A stretch of DNA of 64,000 nucleotides from the NCBI RefSeq assembly GCF_963921235.1, contig NC_086097.1, forward strand, positions 72,790,001 to 72,854,000, given 5' to 3'. The position numbers and the translations under genes are program-made. How positions within the stretch are numbered: position 1 is the first letter of the stretch; each line of letters begins with the position of its first letter. A model generated the notes under the pieces. That model worked only from the letters and a program-made list of their open reading frames with translations, did not search any database and had not been told where the DNA came from. The stretch is from Mobula hypostoma. Lineage: Eukaryota. Positions 10,561 to 22,759 of the stretch are shown piece after piece.

Positions 10561-12865
10561 TACACAGAACATAGAACAGTACAGCACAGAACATCTGGCC
10601 TACAAGGTTGAGCCAACGTTTTAACCCACTATGGTAGCAGATGATTGCTTTCAGGACTGCTTTGAATCAGTTGTCTGGAGTGTATTCAGGGATTCATCTT
10701 CGAATCTGGATGAGTATGCTGCAGTTGTTACTGACTTCATTAAAACTTGTGTGGATGAGTGTGTACCTGCAAAGACTTGCCATACATTCCCAAACCAAAA
10801 GCCGTGGATGAACCAGCTCTGTACCAGAAAACCAAGTATGACTTGTGGAGGGCTATTTCAAGGGCGAAGAGACAATTTCAAATGAGGTTGGAGGTGACAT
10901 CAGATGTACGACAACTCTAGCAGGGTTTGCAAGACGTTACTTCCTACTAAGTGAAACCCAGTAGCATGAATGGCAGCGATGCTTCACTACCAGATGAATT
11001 TAATGCCTTCTATGCCTGCTTTGAAAGGGAGAATATAACTACAGCTGTGAAGATCCCTGCTGCACCCGGTGACCCTGTGATCTCTGTCTGATATGCCAAT
11101 GTTAGGCTGTCTTTAAAGAGGATGAAATCTCGCAAGGCAGAAGGCCCCACTGGAGTACCTGGCAAGGCTCTGAAAACTTGTGTCAACCAACTGGCAGGAG
11201 TATTCAAAGACATTTTCAACCTCTAACTGCTATGGGCAGATGTTCCCACTTGCTTCAAAAAAGCAACAATTATACCAGTGCCTGACAAGAATAATGTGAG
11301 CTCCCTTAATGATTATCACCCAGTAGCACTCACATCGACAGTGATGAAATGCTTTAAGGGGTTGGTCATGACTAGACTGAACTCCTGCCTCAGCAAGGAT
11401 ATGGACCCACTGCAATTTGCCTATTGCCACAATAGGTCAACAGCAGACGCAATCTCAGTGGCTCTTCACATGGCTTTAGACCACCTGGACAATACAAAAA
11501 CCTATGTCAGGATGCCATTCGTCAACTATAGCTCTGCATTAAACACCATCATTCCCACAATCCTGATTGATAAGTTACAGAACCTGGGTCTCTCTACCTC
11601 CCTCTGCAATTGGATCCTCGACTTCCTAATTGGAAGAGCATAATCTGTTTGGAATGGTGATAACGTATCCTCCTTGCTGACGATCAACACTGGTGCACCT
11701 CAGGGGTGTGTGCTTAGCCCTCTGCTCTACTCTCTCTATACCCATGACTGTGTGGCTAGGCATAGCTCAAATACCATCTATAAACTTGCTGATGATACAA
11801 CCATTGTTGGTAGAATCTCAGATGGAGACAAGAGGGTGTACAGGAGAGAGATATGCCAACTATTGGAGTGGTGTCACAGCAACAACCTTGCACTCAATGT
11901 CAGTAAGATGAAAGAGCTGACCGAGGACTTCAGGAAGGGTAAGACGAAGGAACACATACCAATCCTCATAGAGGGATCAGAAGTGGAGAAAGTGAGCAGT
12001 TTCAAGTTCCTGCGTGTCAAGATCTCTGAGGACCTAATCTGGTCCCAACATATCGATGCAGCTATCAAGAAGGCAAGACAGCAACTATACTTCATTAGGA
12101 GTTTGAAGAGACTTGGTATGTCAACAAAAACACTGAAACACTTCTATAGGTGCACCATGAAGAGCATTCCGACAGGCCGCATCACTGTCTGGAATTGGGG
12201 GGGGGGGGCGGCTACCGCACAAGACCGAAAGAAGGTACAGAGGGTCGCAAAAAATTCAGTTAGCTCCATCTTGGGCACTGGTCTACAAATTACTCAGGAC
12301 ATCTTCAAGGACCGTTGTCTCAGAAAGGCAGTGTCCATTATTAAGGACCCTCAGCACCCACAGCATGCACCTTTCTCACTGTTACCATCAGATAGGAGGT
12401 ACAAAAGCCTGAAGGCACACTCTCAGCGATTCAGGAACAGCTTCTTCCCCTCTGCCATCCGATTCCTAACTGGACATTGAACCCATGAACACAACCTCAC
12501 TTTTTTAATATATATTATTTCTGGTTTTGCATGGTTTTTAATCTATTCAATATCCATATACTGTAATTTATCTATTTATTTATTTATTCTATATTATACA
12601 TTGCAGTGAACTGCTGCTGCTAAGCTAACAAATTTCACGACACATGCTGGTGATCACGTTGATTCTGTTTCTGGTTCTACTCCAGGATCAATGGAACCCT
12701 TCCCCCCTACATAATCCTCCATTTTACTTTCATCCATGTGCCTATCTACGAGTCTCTTAAATGTCCCTATTGTTTCTGCCTCTAGCACCACAACTGGCAG
12801 TGCACTCCATGAACTTCCATTCTCTAGAAACCTACCTCTGACATCACCCCTATAATTTCTTCCAG
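10561..12865 (-). mobile_element. Short CR1 3' tail (10561-10630 and 12676-12865) split by the Rex/Babar insertion
   Basis: AACATAGAACAGTACAGCACA-type tail on the left; continuation CTACTCCAGGATCAAT...GAGTCTCTTAAATGTCCC on the right. Confidence 0.7.
10631..12675 (+). mobile_element. Rex1/Babar LINE, 5'-truncated ORF2 with RT
   Basis: [68 protein letters not shown] (stop at 12480), then 3' UTR and a short-repeat tail. Confidence 0.93.
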
Positions 12866-12869
12866 GAAT

Positions 12870-13410
12870 CTCTTATTCTTTTTTGTCCATGCCACTGTAA
12901 TGTTATTATTTGGTGACCTATAGACAACTCACACTAGTGACTTTTTCCCTTTATTAACCCTAATCTCTACCCAGATGGACTCAACATTCTGCTCCTTAGA
13001 TTTTATATCGTCTCTCAGTACCAACCAGATCTCATCCTTAATTGAGAGCATTGCCTCACCTCCCTTAAATTCCTGCCTATTCTTTCATATTGCCTGATAT
13101 TTAATTCTCAAACATTCCTACCCTGCAACCACGTTTCTGAAATGGCAACCCCTTGTACTGATTTGTACCACAAGTTCACTGACCTTCTTTCAAATACTAT
13201 GGGCATTTCGATAAAGTGGGCTTACATTCATTGTTCTTTTAATATCAAGTAACCATTGCATCCTTTGCCTTTGACTTTTCTGTACTTCACTCTGATTATT
13301 CTCTTTTCTAACTTTTGATTTAGTCTCTGCATTGCTTTCCTCTGTCTTTCTGTCTGGATTCCAAACCCCAAACAATATAAGTTTAACACCACCCCCATCA
13401 GCACATATCT
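12870..13410 (-). mobile_element. CR1 endonuclease N-terminus and ORF1-ORF2 spacer (continuation of 8615-10560)
   Basis: Minus strand reads VVYRSPNNN and, further upstream, LYRNAHSI; it joins the segment ending at 10560. Confidence 0.8.
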
Positions 13411-13908
13411 AAGTGGAAAGTGCAACGTACAAGAAATGCCGTTTTGTAAATTGATCTTTTTTTATCGGAAGCTGCAAGTGTGAAACCAAGATAAATATTG
13501 CACATTTATGCTTATACTAATAATCCAGGAGAACAATTTTGTCAGTTTGTGCAATTACAACGATTAAGTCCTTTACAAAGGAACATGACAACATAATGAG
13601 GCATTGGCTATAAAAAGAGCATTGACCAATAGACTTTTCTCTCTTTACAAACCTAGTGCAATCTATTCCATCACGCATGCTTTTCCTATTTAATTTCCTG
13701 AGGAGAAACTGTTGTATAAATACCTCAAGGTGCCTAGAGATAATGAAGCAAAACCATGCAATATTCATTTTTTCCCGAAGCTCTATTACTATCTTGCTTC
13801 TCTCCAGAAATAACAATCCAACTCTGCTCTAGCAGCTCAGCAATCACAAGGTGTTGACAGGAAGTTTAGACTATTGTGGTAACCAATCTACGATACTGGA
13901 TGCTTATT

Positions 13909-16900
13909 GTAAGCACAAAATTCTCTGCAGATGCTGGGGTCGAAGCTACACGCACAACATGCTGGAGGAACAGGTCAGGCAGCATCCATGGAAACAAACA
14001 GTCAACGTTTCAGGCCGAGACCTTTCATCAGGTCTGAAGAGGGAAGGGGAAGAGGCCCTATAAAGAAGGTGGGGGGAGGGTGGGAAAGAGAAGGCTGGTA
14101 GGTGCCAGGTGAAAAACCAGTAAGGGGAAAGATCAAGGGGTGGGGGAGGGGAAGCAGGGAGGGGATAGGCAGGAAAGGTGAAGAAGGAATAGGGGAAAGC
14201 ACAATGGGTAGTAGAAGGAGTGGAACCATGAGGGAGGTGATAGGCAACTGGAGGAGGGGGCAGAGTGAAACTGGGATGGGGAAAGGGAGGGGGAGGGAAT
14301 TACTGGAAGTTGGAGAATTCAATGTTCATGCCAAGGGGCTGGAGACTACCCAAACGGTATATGAGGTGTTGCTTCTCCAACCTGAGTTTGGCCTCATCAT
14401 GGCCGTAGAGGAGGCCATGTATGGACATATCTGAATGGGAATGGGAAGCAGAGTTAAAGTGGGTGGCAACCGGGAGATCCTGTCTGTTGTGGCGGACGGA
14501 GTGGAGGTGCTCAATGAAGCGGTCCCCCAATCTGCGTCAGGTCACACCGATGTAGAGGAGGCCGCACCAGGAGCACCGGATGCAATAGATGACCCCAGCA
14601 GCCTCACAAGTGAAGTGTTGCCTCACCTGGAAGGACTGTTTGGGGCCCTGAATGGTGGTGAGAGAGGAGGTGTAGGGACAGGTGTAGCACTTACGCTTGC
14701 ATGGATAAGTGCCAGGTGGGAGATCCGTGGGGAGGGTCGTGTGGACCAGGGAGTCATGGAGGGAACAATCCCTGAGCAAAGCGGAGAGGGGTAGAGAGGG
14801 AAAGATGTACTTAGTGGTGGAGTCCTGTTGAGGATGGCGGAATTTGTGGAGGATAATGTGCTGGATCCAGAGGCTGATGGGGTGGTAGGTGAGGACAAGG
14901 GGAACTCTGTCCCTGTTGTGGTGGAGGGAGGATGGGGTGAGGGCCGAAGTGCGGGAAATAGAGGAGATACAGGTGAGGGCATCATTGATGACAACAGAAG
15001 GGAACCTACGATCCTTAAAGAAAGAGGACATTTGAGAAGTCCTGGAACTGAAAGCCTTATCCTGGGAGCAGATGCGGCGGAGAAGGAGGAACTGAGAATA
15101 GGAAATAGCATTTTTGCACATGGCAGGGTGGGAAGAGGTATAGTCAAGGTAGGTTATGAGAGTCAGTGGGCTTATAGAAGATGTCAGTGGACAGTCTATC
15201 TCCAGAGATGGAGACCGAGAGATCAAGAAAGGGGAGAGAAGTGTCCGAGATGGACCAAGTGAATTTGAGGCCTGGGTGAATATTAGAAGCAAAGTTGATG
15301 AAATTGACGAGCTCAGCATGGGTGCAGGAAGCAGCACCAATGTAGTCGTCAATGTACGGAAGGAAAAGTTCGGGAGCAGTACCAGAATAGGTTTGGAGCA
15401 CAGATTGTTCCACATAACCAACAAAGAGGCAGGCATAACTGGGGCTCATGCGAGTGCCCATAGCTATACCCTTAGTCTGAGGAAAGTGGGAAGAGCCAAA
15501 AGAGAAGTTATTAAGTGTGAGTACCAGTTCCGCCAACCGGAGGAGGGTAGTGGTGGTGGAGAACTGGTGAGGTCTATTGTCCAGAAAGTAGCAGAGGGCT
15601 TTGATGCTTTCTTGATGGGGAATGGAAGTGTATATGGATTGGACATCCATAGTGGAAATGAAGCAGTCAGCACCGGGGAACTGGAAGTCATTGAAGAGGT
15701 GGAGGGCATGGGATGTATCCCGGATGTAGGTGGGGAGGGATTGAACTATGGGTGACAAAATGTTGTCCAGGTAGGCAGATACAAGTTCAGAGGGTCAGGA
15801 GCAGGCAGAAACTATGGGTCTACCGGAACAGTCAGGCTTGTGGATCTTGGGGAGGAGGTAAAACCGAGCGGTGCGGGGTGTGGGAATTATGAGTTTAGTG
15901 GCGAGGATAGATGGTCTCCGGAGTTGATAAGGGCAGTGATGGTACGGGAGACAATGGTTTGATGTTTTTTGGTGGGGACCTGTTCCAGGGGTAAGTAAGA
16001 GGAGGTATCAGAAAGCTGCTGTTTGGCCTCAGTGAGGTAGAGGTTCATCCGCCAGACTACTACGGCACCACCTTTGTCAGCGGGTTTGACGGTGAGGTTG
16101 GGATTAGTGCGGAGAGAGTGGAGGGCAGTGCGTTCAGAGAGAGTGAGGTTGGAACAGGAGAGAAGAGTGGTGAAGTTGAGACGGTTGATGTCTCAGCGAC
16201 AGTTGGAGATTAAAGGATCGAGTGCAGGTAGAAGGCTTGGGGGGGGGTGGTGTGTCCAAGAGGAGGAAGAGGGTTGAAGATGGGAGAACGGGTCATCAGA
16301 AGCGGGAGGGGAATCCTTGCTAAAGAAGTAGGCTCGGAGACGTGGGCGATGGAAGAAGAGTTCAGCGTCATGGCGAGCACGGAACTCACTGAGGTGTGGA
16401 TGGAGGGGGACAAAAGTGAGGCCTTTGCTAAGGACAGAATGTTCTGCCTCAGAGAGGGGAAGGTCAGAGGGGATGGCGAAGACACGGCAAGGGTTGGGGC
16501 TGGGGTTGGAGGAGGGTGAAGAGTGGGAGGTCTCAGGAGGGAGAGAGGGGTTGGGATGTTCAGGGAGAGCGGGGTTAGGGGAGGATGAGGAATCAGAGGG
16601 GTGAGGCGGGGATGAAGGGTAGAGGGAAGGTTGGGAGTGGTGGGGAGGATAGAGGGTAGTGTAGGAATAAGACGAGCAGTAGGAACCAGCATCAGTAAGA
16701 GCGGTCCCGGTCTGGAAAGGGTCAGGACCTCAGTCCGAGCTGGATCTGGAGCTAGGGGTGGTGGAGCCTGTGGCCTGCAGGGCCCCAGAACTGAGGTCCG
16801 AGTCGGAAGTGAGTGAGTCCATGGCCCGCCGGGGGCTGGTGCCCATATCCGGGAGGCCGTGGCTCCAGTCGGGGTCAGAATCAGAGGTGGATGGGTCTTC

Positions 16901-17360
16901 GGCCTGCCAAAGGCCTGAGAAGTCGAGGTCCGAGGGGTCGGGGTCCGGGCTGGAGGCGGTCGTCCTTGTGGTCTCCAGGCAGGTGAGTTTGTGGTCCTTC
17001 TTGGACGTGAGGAAGGAGAAGAAACGGTGATTGGAGGCATGAATCCGGCGGAGAATGAAGTGTAGGAGAGGTCCATGGCAGATGGTGGAGAGCGAGGCCT
17101 GCAGTGGTGGCAGAGAGAGGGACAGGGCCCATAGGTATCTTCGCATGGCAGTGAGAATGTTGCGGAGAATCCGGCAGTAGCAGCAGTCAATAAAACGGAG
17201 GTACCTGGGATCCTCACTGGGCCCGAACTGGGAGGCCTGGAATAAGGCCCCTGCCCCCTCCCTCTTCAGTCCTGACAAAGGTTCTCAGCCTGAAACTTTG
17301 ACTGTTTGTTTCCACGGATGCTGCCCGACCTGCTGAGTTCCTCCAGCATGTTGTGCGTGT
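13909..17360 (-). mobile_element. Penelope-like element (RT and GIY-YIG endonuclease), near full length, with an inverted pLTR at the 5' end and a 15-bp TSD
   Basis: Motifs STMDVQSIYTSIP, QTKGIAMGTRMSPSYA, PYIDDYIG, PFLDLSV, GVIYCIRC..LLYIG, GDRFIEH. TACTGGATGCTTATT occurs at 13894-13908 and 17361-17375. Inverted repeat about 13948-14057 versus 17245-17360. Confidence 0.96.
13999..14036 (-). ncRNA. Minimal type I hammerhead ribozyme motif in a Penelope pLTR
   Basis: Minus strand cagac-CTGATGA-a-aggt-ctcg-gcct-GAAA-cg-TT-gactg; core intact, one mismatch in stem I. Confidence 0.75.
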
Positions 17361-17639
17361 TACTGGATGCTTATTATCTTTTTCTGGAAGGGATTAATCA
17401 ATAGGGCCTCAATTGCTTTTGCTGGGGCTCAATTCAATGATTCACTAGCAAGACTGTAAAGCCTACCAAACTCTAAGCTTGGAAGTGGCACACATTTTAG
17501 AATGGTTAATATTCTTGGTGCAAAATGCTCTGGTTTCCCAGAGTAAAGTTCAATTTGAGGATTTGTGTTTGTTGATAACACAAAGATTTTTTTTAAAGTC
17601 ATTTGCAGGTTAGAGAGTTTTATGAGTGGGCAAGAATAT

Positions 17640-17905
17640 AGCAAGAAAAGGACAAGTGAACAAATGTACGATCATGTACTTTGATAGGAATGAATAGGAA
17701 AGCAGATTCCTATTTAAATAGTATGAGAGACAATAAAATACCATTTTCAGAGAAATCTGAGTTTCCTTGTACAATAGAGAATGATTTTATGGATTAGAGC
17801 AAGTACTTGGGAATTAAATGTTGGCCTTTGCAACAGGGCAATGGAGTATATAAGTTATGAACTTTTGCTATGAATGATGAGACCACACTTGGAGGGTTAT
17901 TTTTC
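17640..17905 (+). mobile_element. Highly decayed CR1 ORF2 fragment
   Basis: AATGTTGGCCTTT...GAGTATATAAG...GAGACCACACTTGGAG resembles the CR1 C-terminal region of other copies in the window. Confidence 0.6.
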
Positions 17906-18194
17906 AATGTTTGCCAGCCAGCACCAGTGGCAGACTGTGGCAGCAAGGGGTTTGGGGGGATTATGGGTGATTTTAGGAGATGCACGTGAGCTTTTTAAGA
18001 AGTGCAAGGAAACGTGATTTGGGGCTGTTCATGACTTTGGCTGGACAGTTCAGCAGGGGGCAATGAGCAATGCAGGTAACATTAGCTAGGCACTGCATGC
18101 TGTGCTGGCATTTATCCTGACTTTGATTCTGATGGACACCTTGCATTCTGTGTGTCTATGGAGCCAATGATTTTATTTTACTTTTATTTTTACT

Positions 18195-18400
18195 TAGTGA
18201 TGGAGCACAGAAACAGGCCCTTGCAGCTCAGTAAGCCCACTCTGTCCAATTACACCCAGGTGACAAATTAACCCGCACGTCTTTGGAATGTGGAAGGAAA
18301 CCAGAGCACCCGGAAGAAATCCACACCACAACAAGGAACTCCTTGCAGACTACGATGGAGATGAATCCGGGTTCCTAGAGTTGTGATCATTGTCCACCAT
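18195..18400 (-). mobile_element. V-SINE (HE1-like)
   Basis: Reverse complement of the V-domain core TTCCGGGTGCTCTGGTTTCCTTCCACATTCCAAAGACGTGC. Confidence 0.75.
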
Positions 18401-18699
18401 GGAATGCTAGAAGAACCTTCAGACTGCAAGCCAAGAAGTAAAAATCTGAACTTGATCTAGTGCTTAAAATATTTGACAGAGTGCAATTGGAGTTTGTAAC
18501 GTGTACAGTACAGGATTAAAGTGTAAGTTATAAATGATCATAAATTCCTTATTTATTTAACAGAGAATTACTCTGAAGCTTTTTTTAACTGCCTGTCTGC
18601 TTTGCTTGGGGAAGCATTTAAAAGCTATGCCACAAAGCATACTATTTTAAAGGTATTTTGCAATTATTGTTTCTGACGATTTTTCATATGGCTCCTTTG

Positions 18700-19040
18700 C
18701 TTTTCAGGAGAAGGCCATTCAACCCATTGAGCCTATGTTGGCTCTTGAAGCAAGCCCAACAATCTCCTTCCTCCATTTATTTGTGTGCAGCCCATTCTTT
18801 CTCACACGCCTGTGAATTTCACCCTCATCATCAGGACCACCTCATCACAGTGGATAATTCAGAGTAGCGGATTATGCTACCAGCCAGCACACCTGGTGGA
18901 TGTGGGCGCAAGCCAGGATATCCTGTGTAATCACAGGGAGATCGTGCAGACTCCACACAGAGCACCAGAGGATTGGATCAATCCAAGGCCTCTGGGGCGG
19001 TGAGGCAGCTTCACTAACTGCTGTGCTGTTGTGCAGTGCC
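18700..19040 (-). mobile_element. Older decayed V-SINE
   Basis: CACAGGGAGATCGTGCAGACTCCACAC core plus tRNA-like head remnants. Confidence 0.6.
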
Positions 19041-19816
19041 AACAATTGACAGATCTGTCAGTGCTGGAGAAGTCCGGCTGTGCATCCTGTGTAGGAACAT
19101 GCAATCACTCTCACAATGACTTTTAGATTTCCACCTAACTGAGCATGTGCCTTTTCCAGATATTATTGAAGCTATCACACCATGAAATCAACACTCTCGT
19201 TACAAGCATAAAATCCAGGCTTTTATAATTAACCAACAGCAAACTCTCACTGTCTTCATTACCCTGAGTGCCCAGAGGTTAATGGTATGATGTAATCCCT
19301 GTATAATTCCTGATGTATTTGTACAAAACCAGAATACACTAATGTTTAAATGAGTGCACCGACTCTCACAAGGTTCTGAATCATTGTGAATATAATCATG
19401 TAGTGGTGGTGAGCTGGGGTGGGTGGGGGGAGGGAGCGGTAAGAAGGAGAAAGAGAAAGATGATACTTGGAATCCTGCAGACTTGTACAAAAAAGAAAAT
19501 TGACACTAAAATGGTGGCAGTGAGGGGCACCAAAGCAAATGCTGGCACGGAATTTGCTCTACAATGCTTCTGTCTACCATTGAGTGTTTTGGCTCAACTT
19601 AAAGCTATTTGTGAAAGTTGTATGACAAGGTGAGTGCTTCACTTGTGGGATTGACTGAGCATTGTTGTCAAGTTTCCCCTTACAGCTGGCATTGTCAGAT
19701 TCAGCACAGGTGTCCCTGTTGATGGGTTGGAAGGCCTTGCAGTTGCCAGTATATAGCCCATCTGGTGCAATCTTTGCGGTCAGCTCTTAAAAGAACATCC
19801 CATAATTGAAGCAACA

Positions 19817-20691
19817 TACATCAAAGTTGCTGGTGAACGCAGCAGGCCAAGCAGCATCTGTAGGAAGAGGTGCAGTCGACGTTTCAGGCCGAGACCCTTC
19901 GTCAGGACTTTATTTCGAATATGTCCATGGTCGTTGCTGGAGTCCGGGTTTTGAATATGCCCTGAGGTGTTGGAGCCGCCGAGATCAATGGTAGGCGCCG
20001 CAATCTGAAGTTCATTCCAGCTAGCGTCGGGGCCGGCAGGCTCTGGAGTCCGTAGATGTAGGATCTTGCGATCTTTGCCTAACACGACAAAGTCAAAAAA
20101 AGGCGATTGCAGGCGTGAATCCGACGGAGGATGAAATAACGGGTAGGACCATTACAGACGGCGAAGAAAGTGTCCCGAAGGTGTGGAAGGGTCTGGGATA
20201 GGGACACCAAGTACCTCCTCATGGCGGAGAGCGTCGCCTTCAGACCTTGACGGGAGAAGCGGCGAGCGGCAGAGTCAATAAAATGTGAGTACCTGGGATC
20301 CTCAGAAGGTCCAAATTGAGAGGCTTGGAAACGAATCCTAAAGCCAACAGGAGTAAGTTGGCGATGGAGGCACGTTCCAAGAAAGGATATATGGCTGTGA
20401 TAGCGAGTCTGTGTCAAAGTGTGGTCGAAAAGTTGAAGAGCCGAAGAAATTACAGATGGGGAGCAGTGAGAGATGGTTTCACTGAACTCCCGTCGAAGAG
20501 AGGATCTAAACTTCTTCGGTGTAGGCATCACCGGAAGAGGCTTCGCAGTAGTGAATTTAAATGCAAACAACAGGAATTCTGCAGATGCTGGAAATTCAAG
20601 CAACACACATCAAAGTTGCTGGTGAACGCAGCAGGCCAAGCAACATCTGTAGGAAGAGGTGCAGTCGATGTTTCAGGCCGAGACCCTTCGT
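19817..20691 (-). mobile_element. Internally deleted Penelope derivative (pLTR piece, ORF N-terminus, pLTR piece) with a TSD
   Basis: Direct repeat of the pLTR end (about 19810-19904 and 20600-20693). ORF 20079-20606 shares FQASQFGPSEDPRY with the Penelope ORF at 16730-17278. CATAATTGAAGCAACA occurs at 19801-19816 and 20692-20707. Confidence 0.9.
19874..19909 (-). ncRNA. Minimal type I hammerhead ribozyme, best-preserved copy
   Basis: agtc-CTGACGA-a-gggt-ctcg-gcct-GAAA-cg-TC-gact: intact core, stems I and II, palindromic ACGT in place of stem III, GUC cleavage triplet. Confidence 0.85.
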
Positions 20692-21364
20692 CATAATTGA
20701 AGCAACACTGCTCTAGCCATTGAGCCTAATTGAATGGGTGCTCCAGAGATGAGGAAGTGTCCCAAAGAAGTTAGAGGGTTCCCAGGACCTTGGCTTTAAT
20801 GGGCAAAGCAGTTTATTGCATAAGGTTGGAGGTCAGAGATCTCAGTGATGATGTTTGAGGTTTGACAGTTTTGGGAGAAATAAAGTTCATAAGTGTTGGC
20901 TATCCTCTGAATAAGTATCAAGTGTTGTTTGTCAAAACAGTGAGTCTGATGACAGTCTGCTGGAAGTTCTCAGTAGGTCGAGCAGTATTGGTGAGCCACT
21001 GCTCAAACCCTTAAGTTTCTCCAGCAGATTGTGTGTTGATCCAGTTTCCAATATCTACAAGCTACTGTGTCTCTGGTGGGTCTGATCATCTCACAGAAGA
21101 TGAGTTCTGCAGTTGCACCACTGTGAACATATCTTGGAGAAGTTTTAAACCAAGGCAAAAATTGCCAAGATCCAAATCTGATGCATGAAGTTGCTATACC
21201 AGGGTTAAGTTAATTTCTCAAGAATGCTATCTCCCAGCTGTGTGAGGAATTTTCACACAGGGTTGACGTAGGTTGTTGCTTAATCTTGGATAGAATAATG
21301 GAGCATTTCAAATGCTACAGGCACAAATAACCATAATTATAAAACTAACTTATTTTCTATAAAG

Positions 21365-21467
21365 TTGGAAATTTATTGATGAATATCTTAATCATATCAT
21401 TCCTGAACCATTCACCTTTCAAAACCCTAGAACAGGAGTTTCTGAACCTGGCAGATTGCTGTATGAG
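21365..21467 (+). CDS. Candidate internal exon of an unidentified host gene
   Basis: CTAAC branch-like site, then TTATTTTCTATAAAG acceptor; donor GAG|GTAACT. 103 nt in non-repeat DNA with two open frames (WKFIDEYLNHIIPEPFTFQNPRTGVSEPGRLLYE or GNLLMNILIISFLNHSPFKTLEQEFLNLADCCM). Confidence 0.45.
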
Positions 21468-21573
21468 GTAACTGCTTCAACTTGACAGTACAACAATAAC
21501 AAAAGATACATGTTTGTCACAGGACAATCCTTTGTGCTTCCAGTATTTAGCCCTCTTTTCAGCATTCCTTTCC

Positions 21574-22565
21574 CGTTCAAAGTTCAACGTTCAAAGTAAG
21601 TTTACTATCAAAGTACATTTATGTCACTATACACAATCCTGAGATTCATTTTCTTGTGCACATTCGCTGCAAGAAACACAACAGAATCAATGAAAGAGCA
21701 TCCCCAACAAGACAGACAAACAACAATGCACAAAAGACAACAAACTATACACATAAAAAAGAAATAATAATAATAATAGTAGTAGTAGTCGTAGTAGTAG
21801 TAAATAAATAAACAGAAAGTCAGTAAGTATTGAGAACATGAGGTGAAGCGTCCTTGAAAGTGAGTCCATAGGTTGTGGGAACAATTCACTAATTGGGCAA
21901 ATGAGATGAGTGAAGTTCTATCCTCTGGTTCAAGGGTAATAACAGTTCCTGAAATTGGTGGTGTGGGTCCTGAGGCTTCTGCACCTTCTTCCTGATGATC
22001 AAGAACAAGAAGAAAGCATGGACTGGATGGTGGGGGTCGTTGATGATGGATGATGCTTTCTTGTGACAGATGTGTAGATGTGGAGAAGTCCTTACCCATG
22101 ATGGAATGGGCTGTATCCACTACTTTTTGTAGACTTTCCTTATCAAGGGCATTGGTGTTCATATTACAGGCCATGGTGCAGCCGGTCAATGTACTCTCCA
22201 CCACATGTCTGTAGAAGTTTGGCAAAGTTTTAGATGACGTACTGAAATATAGTAAACTTCTAAGAAAGTAGAGGCACTGCCATGCTTTCCTTGTAATGAC
22301 ACTTAAGTTTTGGCTTCAGGACAGATCCTCTGAAGTGATAACATCAAGGAACTAAAAATTGTTGACCATCTCCACCTCTGATGCCCTAATGGGAACAGGC
22401 TCATGGACCTCTGATTTCCTCCCCCTGAAGCTCCTTGGTCTTGTTGAAATTGAGTGAGAGGTTGTTGTTGTGGCACCACTCAGACAGATTTTCAATCTCC
22501 CTCCTGTGTGCAGATCCATCACTACCTTTGATTTGGTCAACAACAGTGATGTTATCTGCAAAATT
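21574..22565 (-). mobile_element. Rex1/Babar LINE 3' portion
   Basis: NFADNITVVD, WCHNNNLSLNFNKTKEL, NFYRHVVESTLTGC; (TTTGAAC)n-like tail. Confidence 0.88.
21765..21800 (+). repeat. Compound microsatellite (TAA)4(TAG)4TCG(TAG)3
   Basis: Read directly; it produces the poly-Tyr and poly-Leu runs in the antisense ORFs. Confidence 0.95.
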
Positions 22566-22759
22566 TTCCTGTTTGCCAACTCTTATTTGTCCCAGCTGCC
22601 AGTTTAAGGCAGCACTGCTGAAGCACAGTAACAACTGGCTGGTAACCAACGAAATAACAGATTGCTGTGTTAGTCACACGTTTTCTATGATACAATCACT
22701 GCCTGTAACTTCCCTTTCGGAGTGGAGCTGTTGAGCCACCTGTACGAACTAGCAATTTT

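Noticed and set aside
14102..15755. Several long Gly/Glu-rich plus-strand ORFs
   Set aside because: They are antisense shadows of the C/T-rich Penelope coding strand.
16210..17217. 335-aa proline-rich ORF as a host gene
   Set aside because: It is a frameshifted or alternative frame of the Penelope N-terminal region and linker, inside the TSD-bounded element.
21608..22225. 205-aa ORF with poly-Tyr
   Set aside because: It is a Rex/Babar C-terminus read through a microsatellite.
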